Under the pieces are notes generated by a model. The model was given only the letters and a program-made list of their open reading frames with translations. It searched no databases and was not told the origin of the DNA. Positions 41,314 through 50,920 of a DNA stretch of 64,000 nucleotides are shown here, one piece after another; position 1 is the stretch's first letter; every line of letters begins with the position of its first letter. The stretch comes from Octopus bimaculoides (Eukaryota). The position numbers and the translations under genes are program-made. The DNA is taken from the NCBI RefSeq assembly GCF_001194135.2, contig NC_068981.1, forward strand, positions 3,052,710-3,116,709. Reading direction: 5' to 3'.

Positions 41314-44300
41314 ACAATGTTTTAAATCCAGGTTTTGTCCCCATTAACAGGGGTAGCTGGATCTACCTCAATGCCATAGCAACCGAGGTAGACAGGTGCA
41401 GCCCACCCCAACCTCTGGGCTGGCTGGTGCCCATTCTTCTTTGGTATCATGAGGCGTTTTTGGAGCTGGATTTCCTACATAAGCATGCCCTTGCTTACCC
41501 CCAACCTCAGTTTCTAGATATAAGTGGTCTCGAGAAATATGGTGGAAAACTAGCTCAGGAAGGCAGAGATGCTACTACTCCCTGAGACCTTTTTCAGAGG
41601 CCCCTTACCAATAATAAATTCAGCATGAAATACAAACTAACACTTTTAATACCAAACTGCCCAAGACTGACCCTTGTCATCTGATGTAAACTTCCTGTTT
41701 TAAAGTGGTCTATGTTAAAACCTTCCATCAATCAAAGTTTGCTTTAGAAGCGTTGAGATATTGATGGAAAACACATATAAGGAAATAATTTTATTCTCAA
41801 ATGCAGGAGAATGCTAATAAAATAGCAGGAACAGGAGAAACTCTCCATATTTTGAAGAAAAATCTGTCAGCAACCGCTGTTCATGTTACATTATTAACAT
41901 TCTCCTGCATTTGAGAATAAAATTATTTCCTTATCTGTGTTTTCCATCAATATTTCATGGTAATTTATGTTCCAAACACCAATTTAATAATGACAAAGTT
42001 ATTTTACTAAACTCTTCATTATTTTCAATATTAATTGAGACAAAGGCAGTGCATTTGGTGAAAAATAGAGTAACAAAAGGGTTAATATTTACAATTACAT
42101 CTTCATAATAAACATAATTGCATTTTTCCACGTGTTTAATAAATATTTCTTTAATGTATGCATGTAAGAGTAGGGGGGGGGGGGTCTATGTCTAATAGAC
42201 ATGGCAGAATTAAACAGTACAGGAAGCATAACAAAGACTCAACACAATAAAGAGCTACATTCTGAATGGTCATCAATGAAGTTCACCAATAAAGAACTAA
42301 TATAGAAAGTAAGGCAGCCAAATGGTAGAATCAGTAGAGCATCAGATAGATTCCTTTGCAATAATGTCAAAATAACAGGAAATAAATAGTTACCAGTCTT
42401 TCCTTTCACTATACCCCAAGAACCAATACATGTGAAAGTAATTAGCATACGTAAATGAACCACAATTGCTTGGTTATCACGGTGATTTTCTGGCTGAAAT
42501 GAAAAACAAAAATTTAATTTTAAAACTGTACACACACACACACAAGGCTGCATTGGACCAACAACGGTTCCCTGTCCACTCTACCTTCATCCATTTCTCC
42601 TGTATTAATTGTTTAATTTGTTCATTCTGTCCAATAATATTTGCCATTTTGCTCAGATGATGACAAGCAAAGTCATGGAATGTTAACATTTGCATATGCA
42701 CATGCATGCGTACACACTCACACAAATGCACACATACACATGCACATATGTATGAGCTTTCATGCAGCAGCACTAGTAACACCAGTGTTGGAGAGGTCAG
42801 TTATGTCAAGACAACTAAAGTGACTTCAAAACCCTTTCATCTCTCTTCACTTGCCAGCCTCTTTATAGGAGGAGAGGCAAAAATGAATGGTAGCGGGAAG
42901 AGAAATATGTAATTAGAGAAAAGGGGTATGAGCCTACCAATTCCACTCACAAGCTGGGGATTATTGTAGAAGGCATTTACCCAAGGTGGGACTGAACCTG
43001 AAACCATATGGTCATAAAAGCAAACTACTTAACCAAACAGCCAGGAAATAAAATTTAGAAATAAATTACCTTGAGATACTTGAGACACACACAACAATTC
43101 CACAACACAGTTTTCAGTTGTTGGATCCAGGAAAGCACATGTTGTTTTTGCATTGACATGGCAACATACGATGTCTGAAAAATAAAAAAATAAACTCAAA
43201 TAATTAACATAAAAATAATATAAGACTAAGAACACAGTTTATTAGCTTCACAATGTTTTAACATCCACTTCTCAATTAATTGTAGTTCAAACAAATAAAC
43301 CTGAGAATTTATTAAGAACACAATTACTACCTATCACCTTGAACAGGATCCAGTTAACCTGAGAGCTGCATTTAGTCTCCAACGTCTGCTTCGGCAAGGT
43401 TTCCGTGGCTGGATGCCCTTCCTAATGCCAACCACTTTACAGAGTGTATTGAGTGCTTTTTTTGTGAGATCACCAAGTAACTTGCAGCACAAAACCCCTT
43501 GGCAGTGGTGGGGGTGCAGTATTGAGGAAGGTGGTTTTGTGCCAGGTATTGAAAGGCTAAAGAATGAAAGACGAACAGGAACAGGTGTGTTACTGCAGAG
43601 CAGAGACATGGCTATCCCGGCTGGAAAAGGAGAAACGATGGTGGGAATGAGATATTGGGGAATATGTTTGAGGAACGAGGTGAGCATATGAGAAAATAGG
43701 GGCAGTGGATGAGAAAGGGTGGGAAGGTAAATTTGTGAGAGTGAGAAAGAAAAGGGACAGATGGTAGAGATGAAGACAGAAGTGAAAGCAGTGAATGGGG
43801 GACATAGAGGTGTGGGCAATGACGAGTCTAGGTTTGGGGGTAATGTAAGGAAAATAGGAATGGGTCATGGGGGAGTAAGGAGGAGGTGATATGTGGTAAT
43901 ACATACACCAAAAAATAGGTGGAAATTTCAGAATCATGAAAGGAGACTTACTTTTGTGTTCTCAGACTGTACACTGAGAAGAAGGTAACGGCATACATAC
44001 TCGTACCTCTGCAAAACAACAACAGAAAAAAAAGGAAAGATATTTTTGAATATCAACAAGAGGTTCGAATTAAAATCAATTGATTTAAACTGAAGCAGGC
44101 ATGGATGTGAGGTTAAGAAGTTTCTTATTTCTTTATTGTCCACAAGGGGCTACACACAGAGGGGACAAACAAGGACAGACAAAGGGATTAAGTCGATTAC
44201 ATCGACCCCAGTGCGTAACTGGTACTTAATTTATCGACTCCGAAAGGATGAAAGGCAAAGTCGACCTCGGCAGAATTTGAACTCAGAACGTAGCAGCAGA

Positions 44301-47300
44301 CGAAATACTGCTAAGCATTTTGCCTGGCATGCTAACGTTTCTGCCAGCTCGCCACCTTAAGAAGTTTCTTTTACAACTTCACAGTCCAGGACTTGGTTCC
44401 ACTTCGCAACACATGAGGCAAGAGTCTTTGTTCAACGATTTGGAACAGAGTAATTCCTTTAATTAAAATTATTAGATTGAACCTCTAGTTATGGTCCAAG
44501 AGGATTCTATAACACCATCAGAATCTTACACAGAAACTGTCCTGAGCCATCAACGAAATTTATACAGAGTTGATCAACGTGCAAGAGATAACAGCCAAAT
44601 CTCCCTCAAATCACATTCTACTACCCTAAAATAATAATGATAATACTTTTTACTATAGGCACAAGGCCCAAAATTTGGCAGGAGAAGGCTAGTCAATTAC
44701 ATTGACTCCAGTGCTCAACTGGTACTTATTTTATCAACCCTGATGGGATAAAAGACCAAGTTGACTCCAGCAGCATTTGAACTCAGAACGTAAAGAGCTG
44801 GAAAAAATGTCGCTAAGCATTTTATCAGGCACACTAATGATTCTGCCAGCTCGTTACCGTAATAATAATAATGATAATAATCCTTAAACAACCCTTATGA
44901 GCAGGATGGGCTACTCGGCCTCATAAAAAGTCATGTGCTGTCTATCTTGATATGAGGTCACTATATTGTGCACATAGGGTTGTGATGCATATGCCTGGTG
45001 TACCCTTATCAGACGGGTAATCAGGGTATATTGAGCTTTGAATGTTTGTACCCAAGAGTCATTTTGATGGAATGTGCTACTCTATCACTCAATAATAATA
45101 ATAATTTTGGCACAAGGCCAGCAATTTCGGGGGAGCAGGTAAATTGATTACATCGACCCCAGTGTTTAATTGGTACTTAATTTATCAACCCCAAAAGGAT
45201 GAAAGGCAAAGTCAATGTCAGCGGAATTTGAACTTGGAACATAAAAATGGACAAAATGCTGCTAAGCATTTAGCCTAGCATGCTGACGATTCTGCCAGCT
45301 CACCCTCTTTAATAATAATAATAATGAACTAATTGTCTACAGTGCTCAGGTGCACTGCAAACTTATTGGAAAAGGGTAAAAGAAAGAACGGAAAGCAGAT
45401 ATACAAATCAAGTAGAGAAAGACATCAATGAAAGCAAAGAAGTACATGCAGAGTACACAGATTAAAACACAAAAAGAAGGAAAAGTAAACATTAAGAGAG
45501 TTGTAAGAGGGACATTGACATGTCCAGACACACTAAATAATCTGTCTCTGGATACATTATGCCTGGGATCATTTAGGGCTGACCTGGGGCAAGACTCTAA
45601 TTTTCCTGACCAAATCAATGGAAACAGTTTAATATAATTGGTTAAAGAGAAATTCCAATATTTAGTGGAATAATTACCCTTTTGTCTTCTTTGATATTAA
45701 AGACAAACAGAAACTTCTTTAAGGCAGAGAAAAGTTCCAGCACTGAAATGAAACACAAAAATAGATAATTAAGACATCAAACGAATGATATTTAATCAAG
45801 AAAACAACTGAAAATCATTAATGTTAATGTCTTCATATGAAATACTGTTTAGCATTCAGATTACTCTGTCAAATGTAATATTTATTTATTCTCATTGTTT
45901 TGAATTAATCATGCATTATCTTGTAGCCGTGAGACTTCAATGATGTAATAGTTTCTTGGTAGAATGAAATTGTAGGATAGTTGTGAGAGGCCAAACCTGA
46001 CCAGTTTGAGTATAAAACAGGTAGAATATTTGGACTGGATATGACTAACTTAAATGCCAAAGGGCTAATATTAACACTGTGATCAAAAGAAAGGGCACAG
46101 GACAAGGCAGGAACAACAGACTAGGGCAGCTGTTTTGAAATTATTTGAGACTTGAAATGCTCTTTTTATAGATAACAAAAAGTGAAATTTTTTAAATTAA
46201 AAACAAGATTGGAATTCATTTCCTGTTCTCTGGATCAAATGTCTTCTTAGGAAGTTAAGTAGATATTTTTAGATAAACTCTGTTGGATGCTGTGAATGAA
46301 ATATATACTTTGGCATACCAAAATATAAATTATTAAAAACTCATACATTTAGCTCACCTGGTCGTTGTTTTGGATTATATTCAATATCCATAGTCTGGGG
46401 TATTTGAAGAAGTAAATCCAACTCCTGCCTGTAAATAAAATACCAACAATAATAAATACAATAGAGTGATGCTGGGTAAAACATACAAACATTATCATAT
46501 GAAACAAATAAATATAATCATAATCATTGTTTTAACATTCACTTTTCCATGATTGCAAATTTGTGTAAATTTCATGAATTTTCCAACCAAATAGTTCTGC
46601 TGAAAGTTCTAGGAGTTTTGACAGAATATTATAAAAGCTGGAAGACTGAATTCCTGAGCAGAACAACTTTAAGTTCTACATAGAACTCTACCAGTCAGTT
46701 TTGTGATAAAGTGTTCCTTTTTACTTATTCTCAACATTATCATCATCATCATTGAACGTCTATTTTCTAAGCTGACATGGGTTGGATGGTTGGACGGTTT
46801 GACAGGATCTGGCAAGCAGCAAGGCTATGTTGAGTTCTACTGTCAGATTTGACATGGTTTCTACGGCTGGATGCCCTTCCTACTATGAACAATTTCCATA
46901 TAAAAAAGTAAAATATCTTAAGCAATGAAAACTATTAACTGTCACAATAACCATCTCATGGATGCTGTTTTATTCAAATAATTGTTGTACTTATGTAGAC
47001 ACAACTGTTCTGAGTAATAAAAAATATGGAAGCATACATAATTGTTAATGTGATCATTTTCATCTTCTCATGCAGCCATAAATAATATTGTGTATTAGCA
47101 TAAATGATTTACTGACCAGAACCATTAAAGAAATGAAGACTAACTTTATTGTATAATTCAAGAATTAAGGATATTTCAACTTACCGAACTTGTGTTTGTA
47201 GTTTGACCCGGCAAACATGACCTCTAAACAAAGACTGTAAATGGAGAAATAATTTCATTTAAACACAACAAAATCAATTTAATTCATGTTTATTTAAACA

Positions 47301-49736
47301 ATAAGAAATGTTAACAAACATTGAATCATGATATTACATATGGCACTACATCATCATCATCATCATCATTTTAACATTCACTTTCCCATGTCTGCATGGG
47401 TTGGATAGAATTTATTAAAGAAGTTATTTCCTACAGCTGGATGCCCTCCTTGTCTTTCCAATCAAGACAATATCTCCCTATGCCCAAACATGCTTCACAG
47501 AATATTGGAAATTAATGACATTCATTTACCATAATTATGTGATGTCAAGTCAAGAGGGGACACACACACACACATACACACAATGGATCTCTTTTAGTTT
47601 CTGTCTACCAAATCCATTCATAAGGCTTTCATCAGCCTGGGGCTATAGTAAAAGACACTTGGTGCTGGTGTCACATAAAAAGCACCCAGCACACTTTGTA
47701 AAGTGGTTGGCATTAAGAAGGACAGCCAAATGTAGAAGCATTATCAAAGCAGATGATGGGCCCTGGTGCAGTCCCCAGCCTTATCAACTCCTGTCAAACC
47801 ATCCAACCCATGCCAGCATGGAAAACGGACATTAAATGATGATGATGATGATTAGTAACTGCATGAATCTAATATGTGTTAGTCACTCCATGGCTTAATA
47901 GAAGAGTGAGTAACTCTTTGACTTAGCAACAAACTAGTTCTTTAAATGGTTTAAATTTGCTGAAACAGTTGTTAAAAGAAAAGAAAGGAAAAAAAAACGA
48001 AATTAAATTAAGAAATTAGTCTAGAATTACAACCATTGTTAGACAAAGTCAGAATTAAAATGTTTATATATTTGTTTATTTTGAGGATAATGTTTTACTT
48101 GGATGGTATAGCAGAGGCAGGGTGAAGTGAACCATTATGTATTTGAAGGCCACATTCAATTAAGAGCAACCTAATAATGTTTCATTGTATTAAGTGTGAA
48201 CTAATAAGGCTGTACTAAAGAAATATTTATTAAGCAAATGGGAAAATGTAATTGTGTTTATTATGAAAATGTAATGTATATTTAAGATCCACTTTTTCAT
48301 GCTCACATGGGTCAGGTAGAATTCATTGAGGCAGATTTTCTACAGCTAGATGCCCTTCTTGTTGCCAATCCTTACCTGCTCCCAAGTAAGGTAATATATT
48401 TCCTCATGATCAGACACATCATCATCATCATCATCATCGTTTAACATCCGCTTTCCATGCTAGCATAGGTTGGACGATTTGACTGAGGACTGGTGAAACC
48501 GGATGGCAACACCAGGCTCCAATCTAATTTGGCAGAGTTTCTACAGCTGGATGCCCTTCCTAACGCCAACCACTCAGAGAGTGTAGTGGGTGCTTTTACG
48601 TGTCACCCGCACGAAAACGGCCACGCACGAAATGGTGTCTTTTATGTGCCACCCGCACAAGCCAGTCCAGGGGCACTGGCAACGATCTCGCTCGAAAATC
48701 CTACGGGAGCCAGTCAGGCGGTACTGGCAACGGCCACGCTCAAAATGGTGCATCTCATGTGCCACCTGCACAAGAACCAGTCCAGGGGCACTGGCAACGA
48801 TCTTACTTGGCTTGCACGTTTTGTTTTAAGATTAGAAATGAATGACACTGTTTGTATAACGGTGAGGCTTATTTGCAGCTATCACAAGAAGTCAAAGTAA
48901 GGAGACAGCAATGCACTCACACCCACACACGCATTTATGTAAACAATGCGATCAAAGATATAAAAAACATATTATGGGTGTTTATGCATATTTCAAGAGT
49001 TATTGCTCTTCCACCAGCAAGACATCCAACCCATCAACTACTGCTACTGATGAAAGAACAAGCATTACCAGTTTTTGCTATCTTGGATTGCATTGTTTAT
49101 ATAAATGTATTTGAGTATGAAATATCATGACTTTCAGTGCTGGCTCTAAATTCTATAGAAAATCATCATCATCATCATCATCGTCGTCGTTTGACATCCG
49201 TTTTCCATGCTGGCATGAGTTGGACGGTTCAAATGGGGTCTGGGAAGTCAGGAGGCTGCACTAGGCATCAAACTGATCTGGCAGTGTTTCTACAGCTGGA
49301 TGCCCTTCCTAACGCCAGCCACTCTGAGAGTGTAGTGGATGCTTTTTACAAGGGGCCAGTGGGACTGGCATCAACCACGATTGGATGGTGCTTTTTATGT
49401 GCCACAAGCATGGAAGCCAGTCAAGGCGACATGGCATCAGCCACGTTTGGATGGTGCTTTCTGTAGAAATAAACTTTAAAATGAGGACATTGCACTGTAA
49501 CACAAAAGCACGGCACAATATTGACTTGTAAACCTTTAATATGCTTTGTAATATATTGTGGTTGCAAAACAAAATACTATGTGCTAGCTAGCAATTAATA
49601 TACACACATATACAATGGGCTTCCAGCAGTTTCCTCTCAACCAAATTCCTTCACAAAATGAGTTATCAATTAAGCTTTTGATTACTATAAATATAGTTTT
49701 CGATGTTTGCACATTGTGTGTATGTGTGTGTAGATG

Positions 49737-49786
<50 letters not shown>

Positions 49787-49963
49787 CAGAAAGATAGAAA
49801 TATAGGTAGATAGACAGATAGACATACAGATAGATAAATATATATTTACTTGAATTTTAATGGCAGCATTGTCTCTCCTTCGCTCAAATGCTCGTTCTTC
49901 TCTGGCAGCCTTGGTTTGTTCTAAAAATTGATTTTTCTTGGTATGATCAATTGAGTTGAACAT
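4396..49963 (-). CDS. UBE3B: Ubiquitin-protein ligase E3B (HECT E3, IQ motif); 30 coding exons, 1068 aa
   Basis: Hand-spliced exons all GT-AG with matching phases; exon lengths sum to 3207 nt. Peptides recognised as UBE3B-like: [23 protein letters not shown] (IQ), [77 protein letters not shown] (HECT with catalytic Cys). Confidence 0.96.
5278..5370 (-). CDS. UBE3B: UBE3B exon 29 ([31 protein letters not shown])
   Basis: tttattag|TTT ... CAG|GTAAGA; 93 nt. Confidence 0.96.
6075..6385 (-). mobile_element. tRNA-headed SINE family D (GTGAAGGC(G/A)C(G/A)TGGCT.AGTGGTTAG head)
   Basis: A/B-box-like head on minus strand; related copies ~18180-18390, 19640-19860, 50090-50330, 53480-53671, 58660-58890. 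Confidence 0.75.
6697..6898. mobile_element. Tc1/mariner-pogo-type MITE
   Basis: TIR CAGTAATCCCTC ... GAGGGATTACTG; second partial copy ~40639-40815. Confidence 0.7.
7065..7176 (-). CDS. UBE3B: UBE3B exon 28 ([37 protein letters not shown])
   Basis: cgttgcag|A ... AAA|GTGAGT; 112 nt. Confidence 0.96.
7294..7723. mobile_element. Inverted pair of AAT-tailed SINE family B
   Basis: + copy 7294-7512 and - copy 7511-7723; head GGCG(G/A)TGAGCTGGCAGAA, core TTTGCCTTTCATCCTTTCGGGGTCGATAAATTAAGTACCAGT. Confidence 0.85.
8768..8950 (-). CDS. UBE3B: UBE3B exon 27 ([45 protein letters not shown])
   Basis: ttttccag|G ... AAG|GTAAGA; 183 nt, phase 2->2. Confidence 0.96.
9069..9545 (-). mobile_element. (GAT)n-tailed SINE family A with internal ~58-bp tandem repeats
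   Basis: Same tail/core as copies at 1378, 25770, 37763, 48420, 49165, 52428, 63935; repeated unit TGCTTTTTA(C/T)GTGCCA..GGAGCCAGTCAGG..CTGGCA. Confidence 0.85.
9803..9927 (-). CDS. UBE3B: UBE3B exon 26 ([41 protein letters not shown])
   Basis: ctctttcag|CAT ... CAA|GTAATT; 125 nt. Confidence 0.96.
10047..10728 (+). mobile_element. Putative non-autonomous Helitron/Helentron-like element
   Basis: Starts TACTAGCTGAGGTACCCG, ends ACAAACACACAAACTT..TTTATTATTATAGAT, internal imperfect direct repeats (10101~10462, 10270~10500); family assignment is inference. Confidence 0.45.
11478..11640 (+). mobile_element. R4/Dong-like (restriction-like endonuclease) non-LTR element, 3' coding fragment
   Basis: [29 protein letters not shown]; preceded by (AAT)n/(GAG)n. 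Confidence 0.6.
13114..13251 (-). CDS. UBE3B: UBE3B exon 25 ([36 protein letters not shown])
   Basis: gttgacag|GGT ... AAG|GTTTGT; 138 nt. Confidence 0.96.
14121..14228 (-). CDS. UBE3B: UBE3B exon 24 ([36 protein letters not shown])
   Basis: tttgcag|GCA ... GAG|GTAAAT; 108 nt. Confidence 0.96.
14853..15071. mobile_element. TTAA-flanked MITE (piggyBac-like ends), family 1
   Basis: TTAA CCCTTTAACATT ... AATGCTGAGGGG TTAA; related copy ~45847-46074. Confidence 0.7.
15296..15394 (-). CDS. UBE3B: UBE3B exon 23 ([33 protein letters not shown]; HECT)
   Basis: ctgtcag|GGT ... AAG|GTAAGA; 99 nt. Confidence 0.96.
16709..16786 (-). CDS. UBE3B: UBE3B exon 22 ([26 protein letters not shown])
   Basis: tttaatag|GAT ... 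CAG|GTGAGG; 78 nt. Confidence 0.95.
17395..17514 (-). CDS. UBE3B: UBE3B exon 21 ([40 protein letters not shown])
   Basis: tattgcag|CGA ... GAA|GTGAGT; 120 nt. Confidence 0.95.
17673..18068 (+). mobile_element. tRNA-headed SINE family C, body A (full length)
   Basis: Head GCAGGTATGGGTGTATGGTAAGAG..GAAA(C/A)AGAAAGAAGCC, microsatellite, body TGTTTATGTCCCTGTAACTTAGC..TGACTGAAACAAG; near-complete minus copy 60125-60597. Confidence 0.8.
18838..19055 (+). mobile_element. Mariner-derived MITE
   Basis: TIR GAGG.GGTG.TGAAAA.TTCCTGGCTTT / AAAGCCAGGAACTTTTCAGCACCCC; internal remnant [17 protein letters not shown] typical of mariner transposase C-terminus. Confidence 0.7.
19963..20062 (-). CDS. UBE3B: UBE3B exon 20 ([33 protein letters not shown])
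   Basis: tttttgtag|A ... GAG|GTAACT; 100 nt. Confidence 0.92.
22331..22445 (-). CDS. UBE3B: UBE3B exon 19 ([38 protein letters not shown])
   Basis: aatcacag|AC ... TTCG|GTAAGT; 115 nt. Confidence 0.94.
22618..22736 (-). CDS. UBE3B: UBE3B exon 18 ([39 protein letters not shown])
   Basis: ttctccag|C ... ATAG|GTACAG; 119 nt. Confidence 0.94.
22825..23990 (-). mobile_element. Stack of five same-orientation family B SINEs plus one family A fragment in intron 17
   Basis: Repeated GGCACAAGGC..CCCAAAAGGATGAAAGGCAAAGT..GAACTC..TTCTGCCAGCTCACC units separated by (AAT)n. Confidence 0.8.
24020..24194 (-). CDS. UBE3B: UBE3B exon 17 ([34 protein letters not shown])
   Basis: ctttcag|GT ... CAC|GTAAGT; 175 nt. 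Confidence 0.94.
25553..25708 (-). CDS. UBE3B: UBE3B exon 16 ([40 protein letters not shown])
   Basis: cattttgaag|GC ... GGAG|GTAAGT; 156 nt. Confidence 0.92.
25770..27320 (-). repeat. Family A SINE with expanded ~59-bp tandem array spanning an N gap
   Basis: Unit GAGCCAGTCCAGGGGCACTGGCAACGATCTCGCTCGAAA..CATGTGTCAC.CGCACA; 25770-26030 nearly identical to 48420-48700. Confidence 0.8.
26209..27147. other. Assembly gap (N); further gaps 29224-29408 and 36485-37130
   Basis: Runs of N; the UBE3B reading frame is continuous without them. Confidence 1.
27892..28162 (+). pseudogene. cox2: NUMT: decayed mitochondrial cox2 5' part (possibly with last codons of cox1)
   Basis: Invertebrate mito code: (M)[33 protein letters not shown](TGA)TI, then frameshift and ALP.LK; flanked by nuclear repeats inside an intron. 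Confidence 0.85.
28285..28950 (+). mobile_element. CR1/L2/Jockey-group LINE 3' fragments interrupted by a family C SINE head (28527-28685)
   Basis: [20 protein letters not shown] and [21 protein letters not shown] motifs; 3' end ..CTGAGCACTGTACAC..(ATT)n. Confidence 0.6.
30420..31310 (+). mobile_element. Degenerate, internally deleted RTE LINE with its 3' tail
   Basis: [43 protein letters not shown]; ends CGTCCAATCCATGC..AGATGTAAAATG, matching the family A SINE tail. Confidence 0.75.
31334..31491 (-). CDS. UBE3B: UBE3B exon 15 ([39 protein letters not shown])
   Basis: ctcttcag|T ... AAAG|GTGAGC; 158 nt. Confidence 0.93.
31541..32027. repeat. Foldback element: ~214-bp inverted arms (31541-31754 / 31815-32027) around a 60-nt loop
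   Basis: e.g. AATGAGAGATATTCAGC..GTTTAGGA.GAATGTTGCTGTAATTTAG.CCCAGGAGACATTG vs its reverse complement at 31905-32018. Confidence 0.9.
31779..31823 (+). ncRNA. Minimal type I hammerhead ribozyme motif (Penelope-like/retrozyme type)
   Basis: TCTGTG-CTGATGA-AGG(GAAATAA)CCT-GAAA-ATTGCAAT-A-CACAGA: 6-bp stem I, intact CUGAUGA and GAAA boxes, 3-bp stem II, palindromic stem III; one extra A in the GAAA/stem III register. Confidence 0.65.
32196..32290 (+). mobile_element. Penelope-like terminal fragment with mutated hammerhead motif
   Basis: CAC-CTAATGA-A-GGCTGA(AGGGTGTA)TCAGCC-GAAA-CGTT-GTG, then TAACAACAAACAAGATGAGGACAAATATCCGTCAAATG shared with 15171-15220. Confidence 0.5.
32417..32529 (-). CDS. 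UBE3B: UBE3B exon 14 ([37 protein letters not shown])
   Basis: tttttcag|AAT ... AAG|GTCAGT; 113 nt. Confidence 0.95.
32735..33391 (+). mobile_element. 5'-truncated R4/Dong-like non-LTR element with 3' UTR and (AAT)n tail
   Basis: ORF 32747-32959 [38 protein letters not shown]; 3' UTR shared with 44878-45100; ends CTCTCTCACTC(AAT)n. Confidence 0.7.
34299..34328 (-). CDS. UBE3B: UBE3B exon 13, 30-nt small exon ([10 protein letters not shown])
   Basis: ttttcacag|GGT ... ATG|GTAAGA; phase 0->0; fills the expected ~10 aa gap. Confidence 0.8.
34996..35223. mobile_element. TTAA-flanked MITE, family 2
   Basis: TTAA CCCTTTCGTTA ... TAACGAAAGGG TTAA; related copies 58925-59142, ~41645-42085, ~4950-5150. 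Confidence 0.75.
35491..35525 (-). CDS. UBE3B: UBE3B exon 12, 35-nt small exon ([12 protein letters not shown])
   Basis: tttatag|CT ... GAG|GTGAGT; phase 1->0; NL.HLG matches family. Confidence 0.87.
37490..37610 (-). CDS. UBE3B: UBE3B exon 11 ([40 protein letters not shown])
   Basis: ctcttgcag|TGT ... TTAG|GTGAGT; 121 nt. Confidence 0.93.
38424..38690 (+). mobile_element. RTE LINE ORF2 fragment
   Basis: [57 protein letters not shown]. Confidence 0.85.
38972..39077 (-). CDS. UBE3B: UBE3B exon 10 ([35 protein letters not shown])
   Basis: atttcag|A ... GAG|GTAAGC; 106 nt. Confidence 0.94.
40485..40567 (-). CDS. UBE3B: UBE3B exon 9 ([28 protein letters not shown])
   Basis: gttccag|GTT ... 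TTCG|GTAAGA; 83 nt. Confidence 0.94.
41161..41246 (-). CDS. UBE3B: UBE3B exon 8 ([29 protein letters not shown])
   Basis: gtcttcag|GT ... CAG|GTAGGT; 86 nt. Confidence 0.93.
41758..41953. mobile_element. Small element with ~63-bp inverted ends nested in a TTAA MITE
   Basis: ATATTGATGGAAAACACATATAAGGAAATAATTTTATTCTCAAATGCAGGAGAATG.TAATAA vs its reverse complement 41891-41953. Confidence 0.7.
42394..42493 (-). CDS. UBE3B: UBE3B exon 7 ([33 protein letters not shown])
   Basis: catttcag|CCA ... ACTG|GTAACT; 100 nt. Confidence 0.92.
43070..43174 (-). CDS. UBE3B: UBE3B exon 6 ([35 protein letters not shown])
   Basis: ttttcag|ACA ... AAG|GTAATT; 105 nt. Confidence 0.92.
43952..44008 (-). CDS. UBE3B: UBE3B exon 5 ([19 protein letters not shown])
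   Basis: ttttgcag|AGG ... AAA|GTAAGT; 57 nt. Confidence 0.9.
44127..44358 (-). mobile_element. Young family B SINE (alternative tail) with 12-14 bp TSD, inserted into a family C SINE head
   Basis: TTAAGAAGTTTCTT at 44113-44126 and 44357-44370; the family C head continues on both sides. Confidence 0.85.
45678..45742 (-). CDS. UBE3B: UBE3B exon 4 ([22 protein letters not shown])
   Basis: catttcag|TG ... AGG|GTAATT; 65 nt, phase 1->0. Confidence 0.9.
46358..46428 (-). CDS. UBE3B: UBE3B exon 3 ([23 protein letters not shown])
   Basis: tttacag|G ... CCAG|GTGAGC; 71 nt, phase 2->1. Confidence 0.85.
47185..47234 (-). CDS. UBE3B: UBE3B exon 2 ([17 protein letters not shown]; completes IQ motif)
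   Basis: tttacag|TCT ... TTCG|GTAAGT; 50 nt. Confidence 0.92.
49735..49835. repeat. (GATA)n microsatellite just inside intron 1
   Basis: Direct read; other simple repeats: (GA)n ~25150-25225, (TA)n ~55893-55932 and ~60355-60420, (CAT)n/(AAT)n throughout. Confidence 0.95.
49850..49963 (-). CDS. UBE3B: UBE3B coding exon 1 ([38 protein letters not shown])
   Basis: ttgcag|ATG acceptor immediately before start codon; CAA|GTAAAT donor; 114 nt. Confidence 0.93.
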
Positions 49964-50920
49964 CTGCAAGGTAAGAAATCATTAAAATGATGACAGACAA
50001 AAAAAAAAAAAAACAGAAAAAAAATATAGTTTAAATTTCACATCAATCAACATGAACACTGGCGTATATAAACACTAAAAATAATAATAAGATCCTTTCC
50101 AAGTCATACAGACTTACAGGGCCAGTTTCCTGGTTTCCCTGGTGTGTCCCACCGGACAGGATGCTGGTCCATCGCAGGATTACTAATTTTTTCCAGCAGA
50201 GTGGACTGGAGCAACATGAAATGAAATTTTTGCTCAAAAACACAACACACTGTCTGGTCCAGGAATTGAAACCACAATCTTGTGATAACAAGTCCAACAC
50301 CCTAACCACTAAGCTATGCACGTTCCCATATATAAACACTGGTACATGTTAATACTAGAATGTAGTAATGCTGGTACATCATAATACTGCCACTGTAAGG
50401 TCCAGTCCTTGTTGCAGGGTGGTGGGTTGTTTACCCCAGGCTCCTGACAGACAGGTGAAAGGTAAAGACCAGACTAAAATGGATCACCTCTGCCTACAGG
50501 TAAAAATGGGTTTTATAAGGCCAACACCCCTACCTAGAAAAAAAAAAAATCAAAGTTACACAAGCAAACAATGACAATTCAAAATGAACAAGATCTGGGA
50601 GAAAGACAGCCCCAATTGGAGAAGGGTCACTGATGGCCTATGCTCTGTAGGGAGCGCAAGGTTTAAATGACGTGATGGTAATGCTAGTATATATTTATTT
50701 CTTTATTGCCCACAGTGGGGGGGGGGGTTAAACATAGAGGGGACAAACAAGAACAGACAAAGGGATTAAGTTGATTACATCAACCCCAGTGCATAACTGG
50801 TACTTAATTTATTGATCCCAAAAGGAGAAAGGCAAAGTCGACTTCGGTGGAATTTGAACTCAGAATGTAAAGACAGATGAAATGTCACTTAGCATTTCAC
50901 CTGGCAATATACTAGTATAT

